Notes under the pieces: generated by a model | What the model saw: only the letters and a program-made list of their open reading frames with translations | What the model was told of the DNA's origin: nothing | Databases searched by the model: none | NCBI GenBank assembly: GCA_036172245.1 | Contig: JAYWIR010000007.1 | Location: forward strand, 1,922,001 to 1,986,000 | DNA: 64,000 bases | Origin: Raillietiella orientalis | Lineage: Eukaryota | Direction of reading: 5' to 3' | In this document: one piece after another, positions 24,750 through 37,190 of the stretch | How the letters are laid out: each line of letters opens with the position of its first letter | How positions within the stretch are numbered: position 1 is the stretch's first letter | Made by a program: the position numbers and the translations under genes

Positions 24750-26030
24750 CTTCAAGCCGCAGCCAGGACCCTGCCAGGGGAAAGCGACGAGTCTCGGGGG
24801 GGACCCGGGCGCCTCGCAGCTCTCCCGGGAGAGGCGCCACCGGCGAACACGTTCTCGGCTCCTCCCGCGCGGAACCCTGCCTGGGGACGACTCCCTCTGC
24901 CCGATCATCCAAGGGGGGACAGAGGTCCCCACCAAACGGCTCTCGCGCGGGAAGCTCGTGGCCGCCGCCTTTCAGGACGGCCTCCCGGACACCCCGCGAG
25001 GCTTCCGGGCGTTGCCTTGGAAGTGGTCCGGCCGCGCGCGCGCGGGTCACCCGCTCCTCTCTCCTCCTCCCCGGGAGCGGCTTTCTGGATCACCTGGGAC
25101 TGCGTCCCCGTAGGAACTCCCGGACTCGCAGCGGCTGCCAGCAGTGACCAACTGCGGCGGCTCGTGGGCAGCTCCCCTCTCCGTGGATCACCCGGAGACT
25201 CCCCGGCGCTCGTCCCGTTCCCTTCTCCCGTCCCTAGAAGGGGCGGACGCCGGAGCTACCAGGGGGGTGGGGTGGGGTGCGGAACCCACCTTCCGGAGGT
25301 GACTGACTGTGGTCACATCCCGGCTGGTTTGACTCCGGAAGGGGCACCAACACCGCCCGCCGCGGAGCTGGGAGGGAGCGCGCGCGCGTCTTCCCGAGGG
25401 CGGGGGGCTACGCGCTCTTCGCGCGAGCGCGGCGAGCGGGGATGAGAGGGAGGGGGAGCGAGACAAAGGACTGAGAGGTCAGACGCGCCAGCGAGTTGGG
25501 AGGCCCCCCGACGTCCCGAGGGAGTTTTCGCTTCCCTCTTCGCCGCCTCATGAGATGAGCAGGGGCGCTTCCTCCTCCTCACCGATCATCGGGTGTGCTT
25601 TGAGGGTGGTCGTCTGCCAGGGCCCTCTGCAGTTTCGACCCGAGAAAGTGCTCCCTCGGAGGAAAGCAGGCGGGGAGGAACCTTCGCGCTCGAAAGTCAC
25701 AAGATGGAACAGGGACAGCCTTGACAGCCAACGCCTAGAGGAACGGCGCCGTTTCCGGGACCGGCCAGGAGGCGGCGCTGCGGTCGTCCCCTGGCGAACG
25801 GCATCATCATCTGCTCTTCTGGAAGGTGGAGGAGCACCAAGGGGAATCCCTCTCGGTGTTCTCGACAGCTGCCCTCTGGTGAAGAGGAGAGGTCGAGAGG
25901 AAACGGGAGAAGGGGAGGGAAGGCTCACCCTTTCGCGCGGGAGAGGAAAGACGCCGGGAGCAGGGGGGAAAGCGACGAGCCCTACCTCGCGACGTCTCGC
26001 GTGCGAGGGCTGGGATCGCCGTCGGCAAAA
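24750..26030 (-). mobile_element. GC-rich decayed Gypsy pol (RNase H to integrase)
   Basis: FPPCSRRLS, ENTERDS, DDRSAASW (~TDHxAL.W), RWLSRLSLFHLVTFEREG..ALSR (~RWxxxLxxF.F.I.xR.G.N..ADALSR), then RGVREAVLKGGGHELPAREPF (~G.P..I.SD.G.EF) and RSRERVRR. Collinear order. Confidence 0.5.
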
Positions 26031-27959
26031 ATAGCTCTCCTCTGGGCGGGAGGAGGAGGAGGAGGGGGGGGGGGGGAAGGGGACTGGGAAATCCCGTGTG
26101 CCCGCTCCCGTTCCCGACCGACGTCGTCTGGGAGCCGGGCGTTCGGTCGGTCCGGTTAATCGCCCGCTTCCTTTCCCGGCGCCGCGAGCGACGCCCGCGC
26201 GGACGCACTCCCCGACTCCCCCCGAAACCTCCAATGCCTTCTGCGCGTGGCAACGGGGTACCTCTCCTCCCCACCCCTCCTTTTCCTTCTCCTCCTCCTC
26301 CTCCTCCTTCCTGCTGCAGTTCCGCTCCGGACCAGGGACGTCGTCGACTCGCCCCGTCGGGGGTGGGAAAGCGAACGACCTGCATTCGTTGGTGAGGTGC
26401 GCTTCGGTCCGTATGTCCCATTTCGGTAAACGGGAAAAGCAGGCAGGGGGTGGGAAGTGCACGTGGAGCTTCCCCACTGCTTTTTTCAACACACGAAAAA
26501 AAGAAGCGGCAGACCAAAACCAAGGGAGAAAGAAAAAGGAAAAGAAGCAGACGAAATACTATCTCCCCCCTCCCTTCTTTGATCCGTGTCGCGTCAAGCG
26601 CGTGCGCCGCATGAACTTTTTTTCCTTTTCTTTCCCGCCGGAAAGCGTTCCGTCGCCGTCATGGCGACTCGGGTTTCATTGTTGTGGCCTCGACGGGGGC
26701 CGCCATTTTGTCGGTCTTGGCGCTGCGCGACTTTGCTCGCCCCGCTCCGCCAGAGTTCGGGAAAGGCGAAATGCGGCCTGCGATTCGCCTGGAGAGGTGC
26801 TCAGGTGGCGCTTCCGTGTGGGAATGAGCAGGGAGAAACTGCGCCGGGGAGGGAAGTGGCTGTGGACGCGGACGGAGCAGCAGTTGATTTACCGATCCTG
26901 AATGGACCACTTTCCCCCTCCGGTGGGTCCTCCCCTCCCCCTCCCCAGCTCCCTGCATGCTGGCGAAAAGAGTGGCTTCTCGAGGGACTCGAGTTATCCA
27001 AAGAAAGCCCTCAAATGACTACTCGAGCATGCGACGATTTGTGCTTCCGTTTGCGGGAGAGGTGCGTTCCCTTTTAAGATGACAGCAGCGTCTAAGGGTT
27101 CAAACACAAGAGGAATAACAAACAAAATAAATCAACAGGAATTGTGGTGGTGCAGGCAAAAAACGAAAGGGGACTTTTGGGGGGGGGGGGGGGGGAGCGC
27201 TCCGAGGAAGAAGGCATCGCGGCTGGTCCTTTGGCATCTTGCGGGCCGAGCGTCGTCGTCGTCGTCGTGCCTCGACGAACTTTGCAAAACACCTTCGTAT
27301 CTTTTCCCGCTGCTTTCCTGGGCTCGTTTTTGTGATGAAAAAAAAAAAAAAAAGGAAAAAAAAAGCCTTCTCCTTGACGAGCAGCTCAACGAGAGAGACG
27401 AACCGGACGTTCGAACGCAGACGAAGGGGAAAACGGGGGGGGAGCGTGCGCTTGCATCCCGAATGGTTTCCGCGCACCCGTTTCGTATTCTCGGGCAGGC
27501 TTTAACGAAGGCAGCAATTAAAGGCAGGTTGTATTTGTCGAACAGCATCCGAGATGCCAGCGGAGATGGAGATCACAAGGGAAGGAAACGAGCGCGCGTA
27601 CCAAGTGTCGGCAACCTCAATTAGCATCGTTCCGTTGCCGCGGTGCCTCCTCTTTTGTTGCGGAGCTTCCGATCGCGCGTCTCCTGGCCGATCCGGAAGG
27701 CATTGTTGGCCGCGCGGCTCCCCATTGGTCGGCGGAAACCGCGCGCGGCGCAGCGTTAGGTGCACTTTCTCCGAGCGCGGCTGCCGCGATCCGGGAGCAG
27801 CCAGTCCCTTCCTCTTCCCGCGGCCCCGGAGGAGGAGGAGGGGGAGGGAAGAGAACGGCGCGCAGCCCTTGTCGCACCTACGGGGGCGATGGGCGAGCAA
27901 GGAGGGAACGACGCAGTCACGGAAGCGAGGGGGGAGTCTCTCCTCGATCACGGGAGACG

Positions 27960-30900
27960 CCGCGGCGAGGTACGCCGCCCGTGCGCGCTCGCACCCCAGC
28001 TTTCACCCCGAAGAGGGGTGGCGGTGAGGGTGGGGAACCCCGAGCTCAGGAGATGGATGCCTCGGAAGCTGGAGCGAGCCCCGTCCACTAGACTTTGGGA
28101 CCGATGGAGCCCCCCCTCCGCATTCGGCCAGCGCTCCTTTTCGGCTACTGCTTGGGGTTCATGAGGGAAGGAAAGAAGAGGGTGCGGAGAGCCCGGAGCC
28201 GGTCGTTTTGCTCGTAGCCCCCTCGTGGCGCACGTTCCCTCCGACCTCCCTCTCCATTCTGGAAGAGTCGGTATGCGAAGCAGGGAGGAACGTTCCGTGT
28301 TGCCGTCTCGCCCCAACGTCACGTGAAGACCAGGTCTCAGAAGGGGAGGTAGGGGGCAGGCGGGTGAAGGGACTGCGATGCTGGACTACCTTTGGAGGCA
28401 GATTGGAAAAGTCCTTGCCCTCGCCCTCATCCTCTGAAAGAGAAGGAGGGGAAGGACCCCCGGCATCCTGCCCGTCCTTCTTGGAGCCGAGTTGATGGGC
28501 GGATGCATTTAGTTCCTCCTCTCCCTCCCTCGTGATAAGCTGCCGGGATCCGCGACCCCGCCTCTTCGCTCCCTGGGGACGCTGAAGGGAAAACCTGACG
28601 CCCTTCTTTCTCGGGCGCACGGCCCGGGGGAGGGAGGGAAGAAGACGTGGAAGTCGCGCAGAAGCGGGCGCATCCTGCCTGGGAAAGTCCAGCGCCCTGG
28701 AATCATGCGGGAAAGGCTCCCAGAGAAGGAGGACCTGCGCAGCCGGAAGGGCGGCGTCTCCCGGATGCCGGCCGCCCTTGGCTCCGACGGGGGCTGCTGA
28801 CCGGAGCCGCTTGCGCCTCGGAGACCTCTCGTAGATTCCGGGCGTGCAGTCGGAATGCGCGAGAGGGGTGTGCGGAGGTGGCGGTCCCGCACGTCGGACC
28901 TGACCGTCCAGGTCTCTCGAAGCCGACGTTCCCCGGGCCGTGCCTGGCATCCCGGAAGAAAGGAGAAGGAAGATGGGGGTTGATCTGCCCGCAAGGACAG
29001 CAACTCCCGACCGGGCTGAGAGGGCGGTCCCCTTCACGAGCTGGACGGGAATGGGGAGGAGAAGAAGAGGCCGTGAGCAGGCGGGGATCGTCTTGATGAG
29101 GTGGGGGGAAGGGAGATGCAACGCTTCCTCCTGGGGGTGGATGGCAGCAGCCGCGACGCGGGGAGGGGGAATGCACCGCCCCGGGAGAAATCTCCCCCCT
29201 CTTTTCCGTTGCTAGGCAACGCCACGGGGGGGAAGCGTCGACCTCGCGCGGACCCCGGAGGGGAGGATCGTGGGATTCGAGGGAAGCACCCACGACCCCT
29301 GCCAGGAAGGCTTCCCTCCCTCTCCCCTGCCCGACTCGGAGCGCGTGGCTTCTCCGGACGCGACGGAGACCTCCACCGCGTTCGCTCCTGCGATGTCATC
29401 TCGGGGGACTCTCGAAGAGGGAAGGGGGCGTCTCCTCCACCTGACCGGATCCCTTCCCTTCCTGGGGAGCGGAAACTCCGTGATGCCACGACCTCCCGCA
29501 GGCGTTACGCCGCCCGCTGCCCTAACGAGTTTCCGCCAGGGCGACTCCTGCCCGTCTACCCCTTTTCGATGTCTCCGTTCTTGCGCCCATCGCCTGCCCT
29601 TACCCCGAACCCATGCGGCCCCAGGGGAGATGTCGTTCGGCCCTCGCGTCCCCGAGGCCCCCTTGCGACCCACCAGAAGCCAAATCGACCCCGCAGGGCA
29701 GCGCTCTCGGCATCGTCTCCAGGGCGACCCGCAGGCGAGGAGACGCGGGAAAAAGGTGAGACTGAGCCCTCGCTCTGGTTTCCAAGGCAACAGAGGCAGA
29801 AAAAGGGTGCGCTCCGCCTCGCCTATGCGTTGGCGCTGCAGGATTGCTCGAGCTGCGGCGGCGGCGGGGTGCTCCCAGAGAGCGCCTCCGTCGTCCGGGG
29901 CGACGACCCCGCGTCGCGCCACAGAGTCGGCAGGCGCCTTGCGAGGGGCGTCCGCCCACTCAGTCCACCAGGAGGACGGTGGGGCTCAAGGACCGGAAGT
30001 GGGAGCTCCGGGAGAGCCCCTGGCCTTCGAGACCCCCGGGGAGATATCGGGAGCGTCTCCTGGAAACGACCAGACTGGCGACCGGATCTGCGGGTGGGGG
30101 AGGCGAGCTCTCGCATAGGTCCCCCTGTGCTCTCTCCTTGGGACGTCCGCCGTCCGGCTGGCGTTGCAAGCGCAGCGAGCACGCCGCCTACCCTTTCCAG
30201 GATCGCTAGAAAAGCCCGCGCGCCCATGGCGCCGCCTCTCACTTCCCGCTCTCCCGGAGGGTGAGGAGTGGGGTAGGAGGACGAGTCGCCGCCACGCGCC
30301 CACTCCGGACAGAACTGCTGGATCGGGCACGGGGGGTCTCTGGAATCGCTGTCAACTCAGCAACCTCTGCTCGCCCCCCGGGGGACGGGGAAGGGCGTGA
30401 CCCTCCTACCCTTCCATCGCCAGGGGGAGTCCCCGTCGGAGCGATACCCCGTCCCTCCAATCCGCATCTGCGTTTCTAGGCCCCCCGCCCTCGCCCCTCC
30501 CCCCTTTGTCGGCGGCGCCAAGAGGGCCACGAGCGCGCAAGTGGGAGGCAGGGAGCAGACACCAAGACCAGGGCGGGTCGAGGACGGGCCGTCGAGTCGC
30601 GCGCGGCCACCGGCAGGGAGAGTCCCAGGGCGCCTTTCCGGGGAATCAAGGGAGCGGTCATCGAATGTGCCCCCTTTTTTCAGCCTTAGGGCGACCCCCG
30701 GAGCTTCCCTCTTCCCCCGCCAGAGCTCCCCAGAGGGTGAAACGGTCCACCCTCTCCTTCTCCCGCGCAGGCCCTCCCTGCCTCTGGGAGCGTTCAGCTG
30801 GCGGCGCGTTCCAAGACACCCGACGTCGCCATGGGGACGACGAGGGAAAAACACGGCGCGCCCGTTCCTGCTCGCTACCGGGAGAACCGCACTCCATTCT

Positions 30901-31050
30901 CTCCCCCTTTCCGCCGGCGAGGAGGAGGAGACCCCGGGCTGAGAAGCGTCGACTCTGCCGCGAGGGCTGAGGAGTGCGAGGGGGAGATGGCGGGGGAAGG
31001 GACAACGGTCACCAGCGCAGCGCCATTCCAGCCGCAGTTGGGGAAAGAAA
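27960..31050 (+). mobile_element. GC-rich decayed Gypsy pol (RNase H, then integrase), interrupted
   Basis: SHPSFHP, EMDASEAGA (~TDAS..GxG), PSAFGQRSFS (~PxAFxSRxLS), SECAR, PPCLWERS and VDSAARAEE. Confidence 0.45.
29400..30200 (+). mobile_element. GC-rich decayed DIRS gag/RT relic nested in the Gypsy relic
   Basis: SLPFLGSG, then EKGETEP..WFPR...KKGALRLAYAL (~KGAIE..GFYS..VPKKxG..RP..NL). Confidence 0.3.
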
Positions 31051-33037
31051 GAGAGCATCAGAGGTTTTGCGCGCGTGCGACCGAAGGGAAAAAGCCCGGG
31101 CGGCGGCACCCTCGCTGCCGGGGAGGAGGAGGAGAAAAAGGAGGAGCCGCCGCCGCCGCTGCTGCCTGGAAGCAGCAGCAGCAAGGCGCGTTCTCCCCCC
31201 TTCTTCTTCTCAGCTCCCACGCGACCGGAAGGACGCGCAGCTGAAAAGAAACAAGAAAAACGCTTCCGAAGCAACTCCCCACCACAACAGCGGTGGCGAC
31301 TGCTCGACGGGGGGTCTCCCGCGGCTTGTCGCCTTCCGGTGCCTCTTCCTCCTCGTCCTCCCCCGGCTCGATTCGTCTTCCCTGTGCCGCTGCTGCCCCT
31401 CTCTTCATCCGGCGGCCGCAGCCTCCGCGCTGCCAAGCGGAGGTTCGAAACTCCCCGCCGCCGACAGCTCCTCCGCTCGGGCGCACCGGTGGCGCTGGCA
31501 GCGGCGGAGGCACCGCCCCAGAAGCACCTCGGATGCCCACGCTAGGCGGGGACCCGAACCGGTCCCGGATGCCCGGAGCCGGGCGGGTGCGCCGCCGTCC
31601 GCGGTGGCACGTGTGGTGCGGCGCTTGCCCTCCCGAGGAGGGGGGAGAGTCCCGCTTCCTGCGGCCGCGACCCGGCTGGCCGCGTGTCCCCCCACCGTCG
31701 GCGCCGCGGGTGGAACGCGTTCGCTGGCGCTGCTCCGCAGCAGCGACTCGCGCGCAGGTGCCTCGGGAGGATCGCCGCTCATGAATTTCAGATCGGGCCC
31801 TACCCACGCGCGTGCGTGCATGTGCCTGTGTTTTGCCCGCGCGCCCATCGTGGCGAATCAGCATCCCCCGACTGTTTACAAGAGGAATCAATGAAAGGAG
31901 ACGAGTCGCGCGGTTATGATGATGTACAATCCGAGGTTGCGAGCGCGCCTCTCCTCCGCGCCTGCATCAGGGAAGGTCCGTCCGCGTGGCGCGATGTTCA
32001 TCATAAACCGCCGCCGCCGTGACGCAAGTCCTCCCCGAGCCTCCTCCGATTCCGAATTTCGTTTGTAAACACTTCGACACTTGTGATGTAGTCCCGCGTC
32101 ATAAATAAAAAAAAAAGAAAAAAGAAAAAAAAAAGAGTCTCCTCCAGAGGTTCGGAAGGCGCCCCGGTTGAAGAACGTACCTCTCTCTGCCTGCCCATCG
32201 TTCAATTTCATTTTCGTGATTGCAGATTCCTGGTTTTTTTTTTTTGTCTTTTCCTTTTTCCTGTTGTGATTACGGAAGGCTTGCGCGCGCACGTGATCGC
32301 GCTTTGCGCATTTAGATGTGCGTATTTGCGTGCAGTTTGCTCGCTACAAATAAATTCCGGTTCCCTAATCAGGGCTTATCAGTTCGCTGATCACGTTGGG
32401 TCGCCGAGTTGTCCTGATTTTTTTTTCCTCGCTGCGAGCCGAACCTTTTGATGTTACTAAAGAGGAGAGAGAAAAAAAAAAAAAAAAACAGAGAGAGAGA
32501 GAGAGAAAAGAAAGAAAGGGGGGAAAAAAAGGGGGGGGGGAGGGCAGAAGGAGGAGGAGGAGGAGGAGGAGGAGAGAAGGGAAGAGAGAGAGAAAATAGT
32601 GTGGTTTGGAAATTTTTTAATAATGTCTCCAAGTGCTGTACGCGTGTTTGTGTTTTCGTTTGTTTGTTTGCCTGCTGCTTGCATGCAGCTGGCCGACGAA
32701 GTTTGTGGACAAAAAAAAAAAAAAATTCCCGGGTTACTGGCAGAATGCATGAAACGCAACCCCCTTTCCATCCCATGCTCTTCTCTGACCACATTCCGTC
32801 CTTTCTCACGACGGCCTCCCTCCAAGGATGCCACTCCTGCTTCCTCCTCCGTCCCCTCTTCGTGACCGGGTGCGCTGCATCAGGATAGTGTGGAGGAGCT
32901 CCTGGGAGCTGAAATTCAACCCGGGCTTGCCTTTGGTGCCCCACGTATCCTTCGGAAGAGGTTCGCTGGCGGGTGACCGTTGTCCCCTCCCCCGCCGGCT
33001 CCCCCTCGCGCTCCTCAGCCCTCGCGGCAGAGTCGAC
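30947..33037. repeat. Inverted repeat pair, about 67-bp arms (30947-31013 and ~32972-33037)
   Basis: CGTCGACTCTGCCGCGAGGGCTGAGGAG..GCGAGGGGGAG..GGCGGGG..GGGACAACGGTCACC occurs on opposite strands with only a few differences. Confidence 0.85.
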
Positions 33038-36000
33038 GGAAATCACGTTTATTTATTTTTCCAGGTATTAACTCCAGCCATTTGAAGGAAAAAAAAAAAA
33101 AAAAGGATTGGGCGGGGGAAGGGGAGCGTCGAGCGAGATGCCAAATATGCTTACCCTCCTCTCCACCCCACCCCAAGCAGCGAGGGGCATCCCAATCCCG
33201 CGTGTTGCGAGAGGCAGTTCCTACTCGTAGGCCTGTGAAAAGGTCCCGCCGCGGGTTGCACCACCCGCGAGAGCCCATTCGGGCCTTCAGCGAGTGCGCG
33301 CAAGGGAGGACGAAGAGGGTGCGGGAGGCGACCCTCCATCGTGGGCCGCACCTCGTCACCTCCTCCCCTCGCCCATTCCGATTCGCAGCTTTGCGGGTGC
33401 AAACCCCGAGCGAGAAAAACGACCTGGGCCCGACAGGCAGGCATCTTTTCCTGGTTGGCCGCGGGGCAGTCGCGGACGAAGAGGGGCCGGGCGGGGCAAG
33501 CGGCCAAAGAGTCGGTGCGCACGACGCCGTCGAGGACAACTCACTGCTCGAAGACGCACCTCTCGAACGGCACGCCTTCCGAAGACTCTTCCATCCCGTG
33601 AGGAAAAGGGTTGCCCTGAGATTGCAGGGCTCCCTTTTAACCTGACCGGAAGTCAAAGAGGACAAAGACAGGTTCCGGCCGGAACGAGGCTGTTGGCGCT
33701 CGGCAGCTGGATGCCCCCAGGGGACACGCCGGATGAGCTGCCCCCTTCTCCCGCTAGGGCGTTTTCTTTCCTCTCGCCGCACCAGAGGCGGGGCCGGAAG
33801 GCGGCATTCGCAGGTGTCCGTTGCCGGGGAGAGCTGGCGATAGGTCGTCTGACGGGGAGACCCGGGGCGCGGTGCCCCAAGCGGGAACGGCGTCGCTCCC
33901 TCCTCTGCAAAGCAGGGAAACGCTGGCACAGGGAAAGCGCGTGGAGGACCGTCCCATCCGGTTCGGGGGGAGAAGCGGCGTCCTGTGTTCCCACTCGGGG
34001 CACATCCTCTTCCACTGGCTTCGTCCGCGCAGGAAGATGACGGGGAGTCATCTCCCCGTCATCGGAGCGGCCGGGTACGCGCGAGCGTACCCCCCTCCCT
34101 CTCCTTTGACCCGCCCTGGGACGTCTCTCCCTCCCGCTTCGCCGGGTCGTGGGGAGCGAATGCACCCGTCCTCAGGCTGCGGACGCGAATTCCTCCTACG
34201 CCCGTGTGCTCCCTAATCCTTGACACCTCTGATCCCCGGATCTCCTTCAGGAGTCTTCGGCTGGGCGAAGGGATTGTCCCCGCCGCGACGAGGACACGCC
34301 CCGAGCTGGGATAGCCATCCGTGTCTCCGATTCCCCCGGAAAAGCGACCTCAGACTCCTTGGGGAAGGACCGACCCCCAGCGGCCACCCTTCCGGAAGGC
34401 TCGTCCGCCTGCGCGGTCCACGCGCGGAACGAAAAGGCCGGGTGAATCCCTACCCCCCTCCTGGATTCCTGGGGCGACATTTTCCCGACATCTGCCACTC
34501 CGCTCGGGGTGCGCGAGTCGTCGCCGACGGAGGAGGAGGGAGTGTACCAGCGGGCTAAGGGGGCGACCCCCTCCTCCGCGGCTCCCCGTCGCGCGGGCGC
34601 ACGGGAGTCGCTCCCGTTACATCCGTCCGGTGGCCCGGGGGCGCGGCCCGAAAGCTGCCACCGCCATACCCCTCGCTTCTTCCGGTTCCTCTTCCTCGCT
34701 TTCCGCTCCTCCCCTGCCGCGCATGCGCCGTGCCGAGGCCGCAGGAAGGAACGTCCGGCCGACGCGCAGCGCCCGCCTCCGATGGGCGGTCTCCCCCCGT
34801 CTCGGATGCGTGCAACGGCGTGCGCCCCCCTCCCAGCTGATTTTTTCCTTCCCCTCCCTTCTTCTGCCCGCGTGCGTGTGTGCGTTGTTTTCCGCGGAAC
34901 GCACGAGGAACGCCCGCGCGCTGATAAAAGCACGGCGACTGTTTGCTCCTCCCGCGTTTACGGCTGCAACAAATCATCCGTCCAGCGCGCCCAAAAGTAA
35001 GCAGTCGGTTCCCGCGCGTTTGTTTGCTTTCCCATGCGGTGCGCTCGCGAGCAGCGCGGTTATTTCCGGACCTGACCTTGAGGCGCGCGGACGGAGCCGT
35101 GCGTGCGTCCGCGCGCACCATCGTCGCCCGCCCTCCCTCCCTCCCACCCGCACGCACGCGGTCCCCCCAAACCCACCCCTTCCCAAGCTGGGGCGCGTTC
35201 CGGTGCACCACCGGGGAAGGGAGGGCGACCGAGACGCCGGCGGATGCTCGGGTTCTTCCGTGCCGACACTGCCACCTGCGCGGGCACGCGAAGGGGGGCG
35301 CCAACTACCCTCCTCCTCCTCCTTCGCAGCCATCGCCCGCAGAGGGGCGCGAGAGGCACCGCCACCTCGAACAGGAGGACCTTCGCAGGTACCACGCAAC
35401 GGAACGCCACGGAGGCTCTTCCCCGCCACCACGCCCACGCCATCTTCGGCGCCGCTCGTTTCCGAATTCCGCATGAGCGCGCGCGCGTTGCGGGCGGGGC
35501 GGGCGTGTCGCCAAGGTGTCCACGTTTGACGATGGTGTGGTGCGGCGTCGGAAGGGCCCCTCCTTTCATCGCGGGCGCAGGGCAGAACGAAGATCGGATG
35601 CGCGCACGCGCGACCTCCTCCCCCTTCCTCCTCAACCAAAATGGCCGAACGAAGCGCCCCCTTCCGAGGGTCCGTCGCCGCCACCTCGCTCTCACCCTCG
35701 GTCGCCCACGCCGACAGGAGGGTGCGGCGCTTCACGCATGGGGGACTTCGCGCCTGGCCCCGGGAGCGCCCTGCTCCAGCGACCAGGCAACGAGGCAGCA
35801 GGCACGCCGCCGCCGCAGCGGCAGAAGGAAAGATCGGTAGCAGCCTCCTGCGACTTCTAAGGGGCTGACGTCACGACCGTCACCCCGGGAACGGGCGACG
35901 AGCGGAAGCAGCGGCGGCGCCTCGAAACTCCGGGGGGCGTTCCCGCGGAGCTCCCCTCCCTATTCGTTCCACGCAACTCCGGGCCTGTTCCGCTGTTCCC

Positions 36001-36800
36001 TACCTCTCCGCCATGCCGCAAAGAGGGCCACACTAGATTCCGCCCGCCCAGCTCCCCTGTCTGCGGGATGGGCGCCCGCCCGTTCCCGGCGGTTTCCTCG
36101 CTCCCTCGTGGTACCGTGTCTTCCCTCCAGCGGCCGCTCGGGACCCCAGCGTTCCCCCAACCCTTCTCCTCGTGCTTCCCGGAGGAGGAGGTGTGTCTGG
36201 CGCGTTGCTTCATTGATCGGCACCCTCCATCCCGCCTTTCGCATCCGCCAGGAGCACTTCCGGGCGCACTTCTTCTCCCTCTCGCTCCGGACGTTTCCTC
36301 CTCCCCGGAGGGTGTGACGGAGGAGGGGCAGGTTAGGAGGCAATGCGACGGACGATGCCATGGGTGACCTCTTGGGGCATCGCGTCCTGCTCCCCTCATC
36401 TCTAGAGGCCGTCCGCCCCGCCGCCGAGAGCTCCCATCCTCCTCCTCCATCCGTCTCATCTCGTCGTTCCTTCCTCGCCTTGCATCCTGAGTCCGCGAGG
36501 CGCGGGAGGTCGCTCGCGTGTCACCGCCAACCCAGGTCGCTGGCGAGCATCCTCCGCGTCCTGCTTCGAGGGACCAAGCGGCAACCGGAGGGGGAAGGCA
36601 GTAAAAGCGACGGTTCTTTCCGCAGCGCCCCAGGCACCAGCCCACCTTCCCTGGGGGCGACTCCTCCCCCTCAGCCGGAACTCCACCCCTTCGCACCTTC
36701 CCCGATCCTTTCGGCCTACGCTCCCTTGAAAATCCCCCTCCCGCTTCCCACACACCTGGGGCTCCCCTGAACGCCCCGAACACAACAGCCGTGGGTTCGT
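32780..36800 (-). mobile_element. GC-rich decayed Gypsy pol (RT thumb, RNase H, integrase) with an internal insertion
   Basis: GKVGWCLGRCGKNRRFY (~RSFLG..GYYRRFI) near 36.6 kb; RSEREKKCARKCSW (~YSxxEKExLAxVW) near 36.3 kb; QEKMPACRAQVV..SCES near 33.4 kb; VDSAARAEE and KPGLNFSSQEL (~DNGPxFxSxEF) near 32.9 kb. Collinear on the minus strand. Confidence 0.45.
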
Positions 36801-37077
36801 GTCCAGGAGCTCCGGGGCCGGGAGAGGAGGAGGAGCGGGGGGGGGGGGGAAGGAAGTCTTTTCGAGTCTTCCTGGCAGTCAGGCGACCGCCGTCTGCCTC
36901 TTCTTCGATGGACCCCGTCGCTGCCGACTCAGGTCCTCCCTCGAGCGGGTAGCCCTCGGGTGGGGCGGCCTGGTTGGCGTCCCGGGCCGGAGCACGTCCA
37001 CTGCCATCGCCCATCTTCGGACGGGGAGGAACGGTCTCGCGGGTCTCCCGAGAGAAAAGCCGCCGTCGCTGCCGGGG

Positions 37078-37190
37078 GCGCGCACGTTGCTAAGGGGGAG
37101 CTGCCGCCGTCCGGGAGCGCGCGCACGTTGCTAAGGGGGAGCTGCCGCCGTCCGGGAGCGCGCCCACGTTGCAAAGGGGAGCTGCCGCCG
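37078..37190. repeat. Tandem repeat, 41-bp unit, about 3 copies
   Basis: CACGTTGC(T/A)AAGGGGGAGCTGCCGCCGTCCGGGAGCGCG.. starts at 37083, 37124 and 37165. Confidence 0.9.

Noticed and set aside
37078..37190. Regularly spaced repeat as a CRISPR-like array
   Set aside because: Units are contiguous with no unique spacers, in a eukaryotic context with no cas genes. It is a simple minisatellite.
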